Origin: Octopus bimaculoides
Lineage: Eukaryota
Assembly: GCF_001194135.2 (NCBI RefSeq)
Contig: NC_068982.1
Location: 65,340,558 to 65,404,519 of the forward strand
Direction: 5' to 3'
Length of the DNA stretch: 63,962 bases
A program made the position numbers and the translations under genes. The notes beneath the pieces are model-generated. The model had not been told where the DNA came from. It saw nothing but the letters and a program-made list of their open reading frames with translations, and did not search any database. Of the stretch, positions 62,966 to 63,962 are shown piece after piece. Within the stretch, counting starts at the first letter, position 1. Each line of letters begins with the position of its first letter.

Positions 62966-63962
62966 GTAGGCAAAGATAAATGGATAGACAGAAAATCTTG
63001 AAATGAATTATCAAATGTTAATTATTCAAAGATGTGCCTCATATGATTAAAAATTAATCAGTGAAGAAGAAATGCATCCTGTACACATCGTAAAGTGATT
63101 GGTATTAGAAAGGCTAGCTAGTTATAGAAACCATGCCAAAACTGAGACACTGCAGCAAGATGTAATCCTCCAACCAACCAGATCCTGTCAAACCATCCAA
63201 TTCTTGCCAGTATGGAAAAACAGACTTAAAATGATGATGATGATGACGAGTGGAATCTATACTATAAAAGGCATACTTGATAATGGCTTCAAGTTAATCT
63301 CAAGTATGGTTGAAACTGTGACTGAATGTTTCTAAAAATTCTAAAGCAGTTAAATTTCTCAGCATTAAACCCTTGAAAGATAGGCATGTATAAGCACAAA
63401 CGTGACTGTGTGGTTAAAGAAGCCTGCTTCCTAACCACCTAGTCTTAGGTTTAATCCCACTGTGTGACACTTTAAGTGAGTATCTTCTACTATAACTTCA
63501 GGCTATTCAAAGCCTTGAGGATGTATTTGATAGACAGAATCTAGAAGCCTATTGTACACATATACACATACATGCACGTTTGTATCTTGTCTTGACATCA
63601 TGTGGTAAACAAGCATCAGTGTCATATGAGTGATATTCATTTCTACCTTCTATGAAAAACATGTCTGGATTATGGGAAAATATTACCTTGCTAGGAAACA
63701 GGTGAGGGTGGGCAACAGGAAGAGTATCTGGTTATAGAAACTCTGGATATTAAATGATGATGACAATGATGACACAAAGCCTCAAATTTGGAGAAGAGTA
63801 TAGTCCATTCAATCAAACCCACGAAGGACCATTACTAAATACTGCATGGCATTTTGTCTTAAGCTCCAAGTAATCTGTCAATCCACTGCTCATAGCTCAC
63901 TCTAATACTGAGGTAATTTCACACCAATATATTGTGTCCACACCAATCATGAGCCAATCGAA

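Noticed and set aside
1-63962. CRISPR arrays, rRNA genes, prokaryotic operons
   Set aside because: No regularly spaced repeat-spacer array or rRNA-like sequence was seen; the window is eukaryotic spliced DNA.

Overview
AT-rich, microsatellite- and SINE-dense animal genomic DNA with three assembly gaps. The repeat families look like those of an octopod cephalopod (probably Octopus; inferred from recalled repeats, no database search). The window holds two convergent spliced genes. (1) A + strand NCKAP5-family coiled-coil gene has 10 reconstructable coding exons (11343-38256), all GT-AG and phase-consistent, giving 1533 aa from Met at 11344; its 5' exon(s) are not visible. (2) The 3' part of pelota (PELO/Dom34) lies on the - strand in 7 exons (62627 to 47668, 204 aa) and continues beyond the window end. 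Introns and flanks contain tRNA-derived SINEs, RTE, CR1/L2-like and R4/Dong-like LINE remnants, and Tc1/mariner and piggyBac-type DNA elements. Best leads: a DD36E (Incomer-like) Tc1 transposase in an apparent mollusc; a minimal hammerhead ribozyme motif in a Penelope-like repeat; an unclassified TIR element carrying telomere-like repeats; and several fold-back palindromes or local duplications, two of them centred on microsatellites. No CRISPR, rRNA or genuine tRNA genes are supported.
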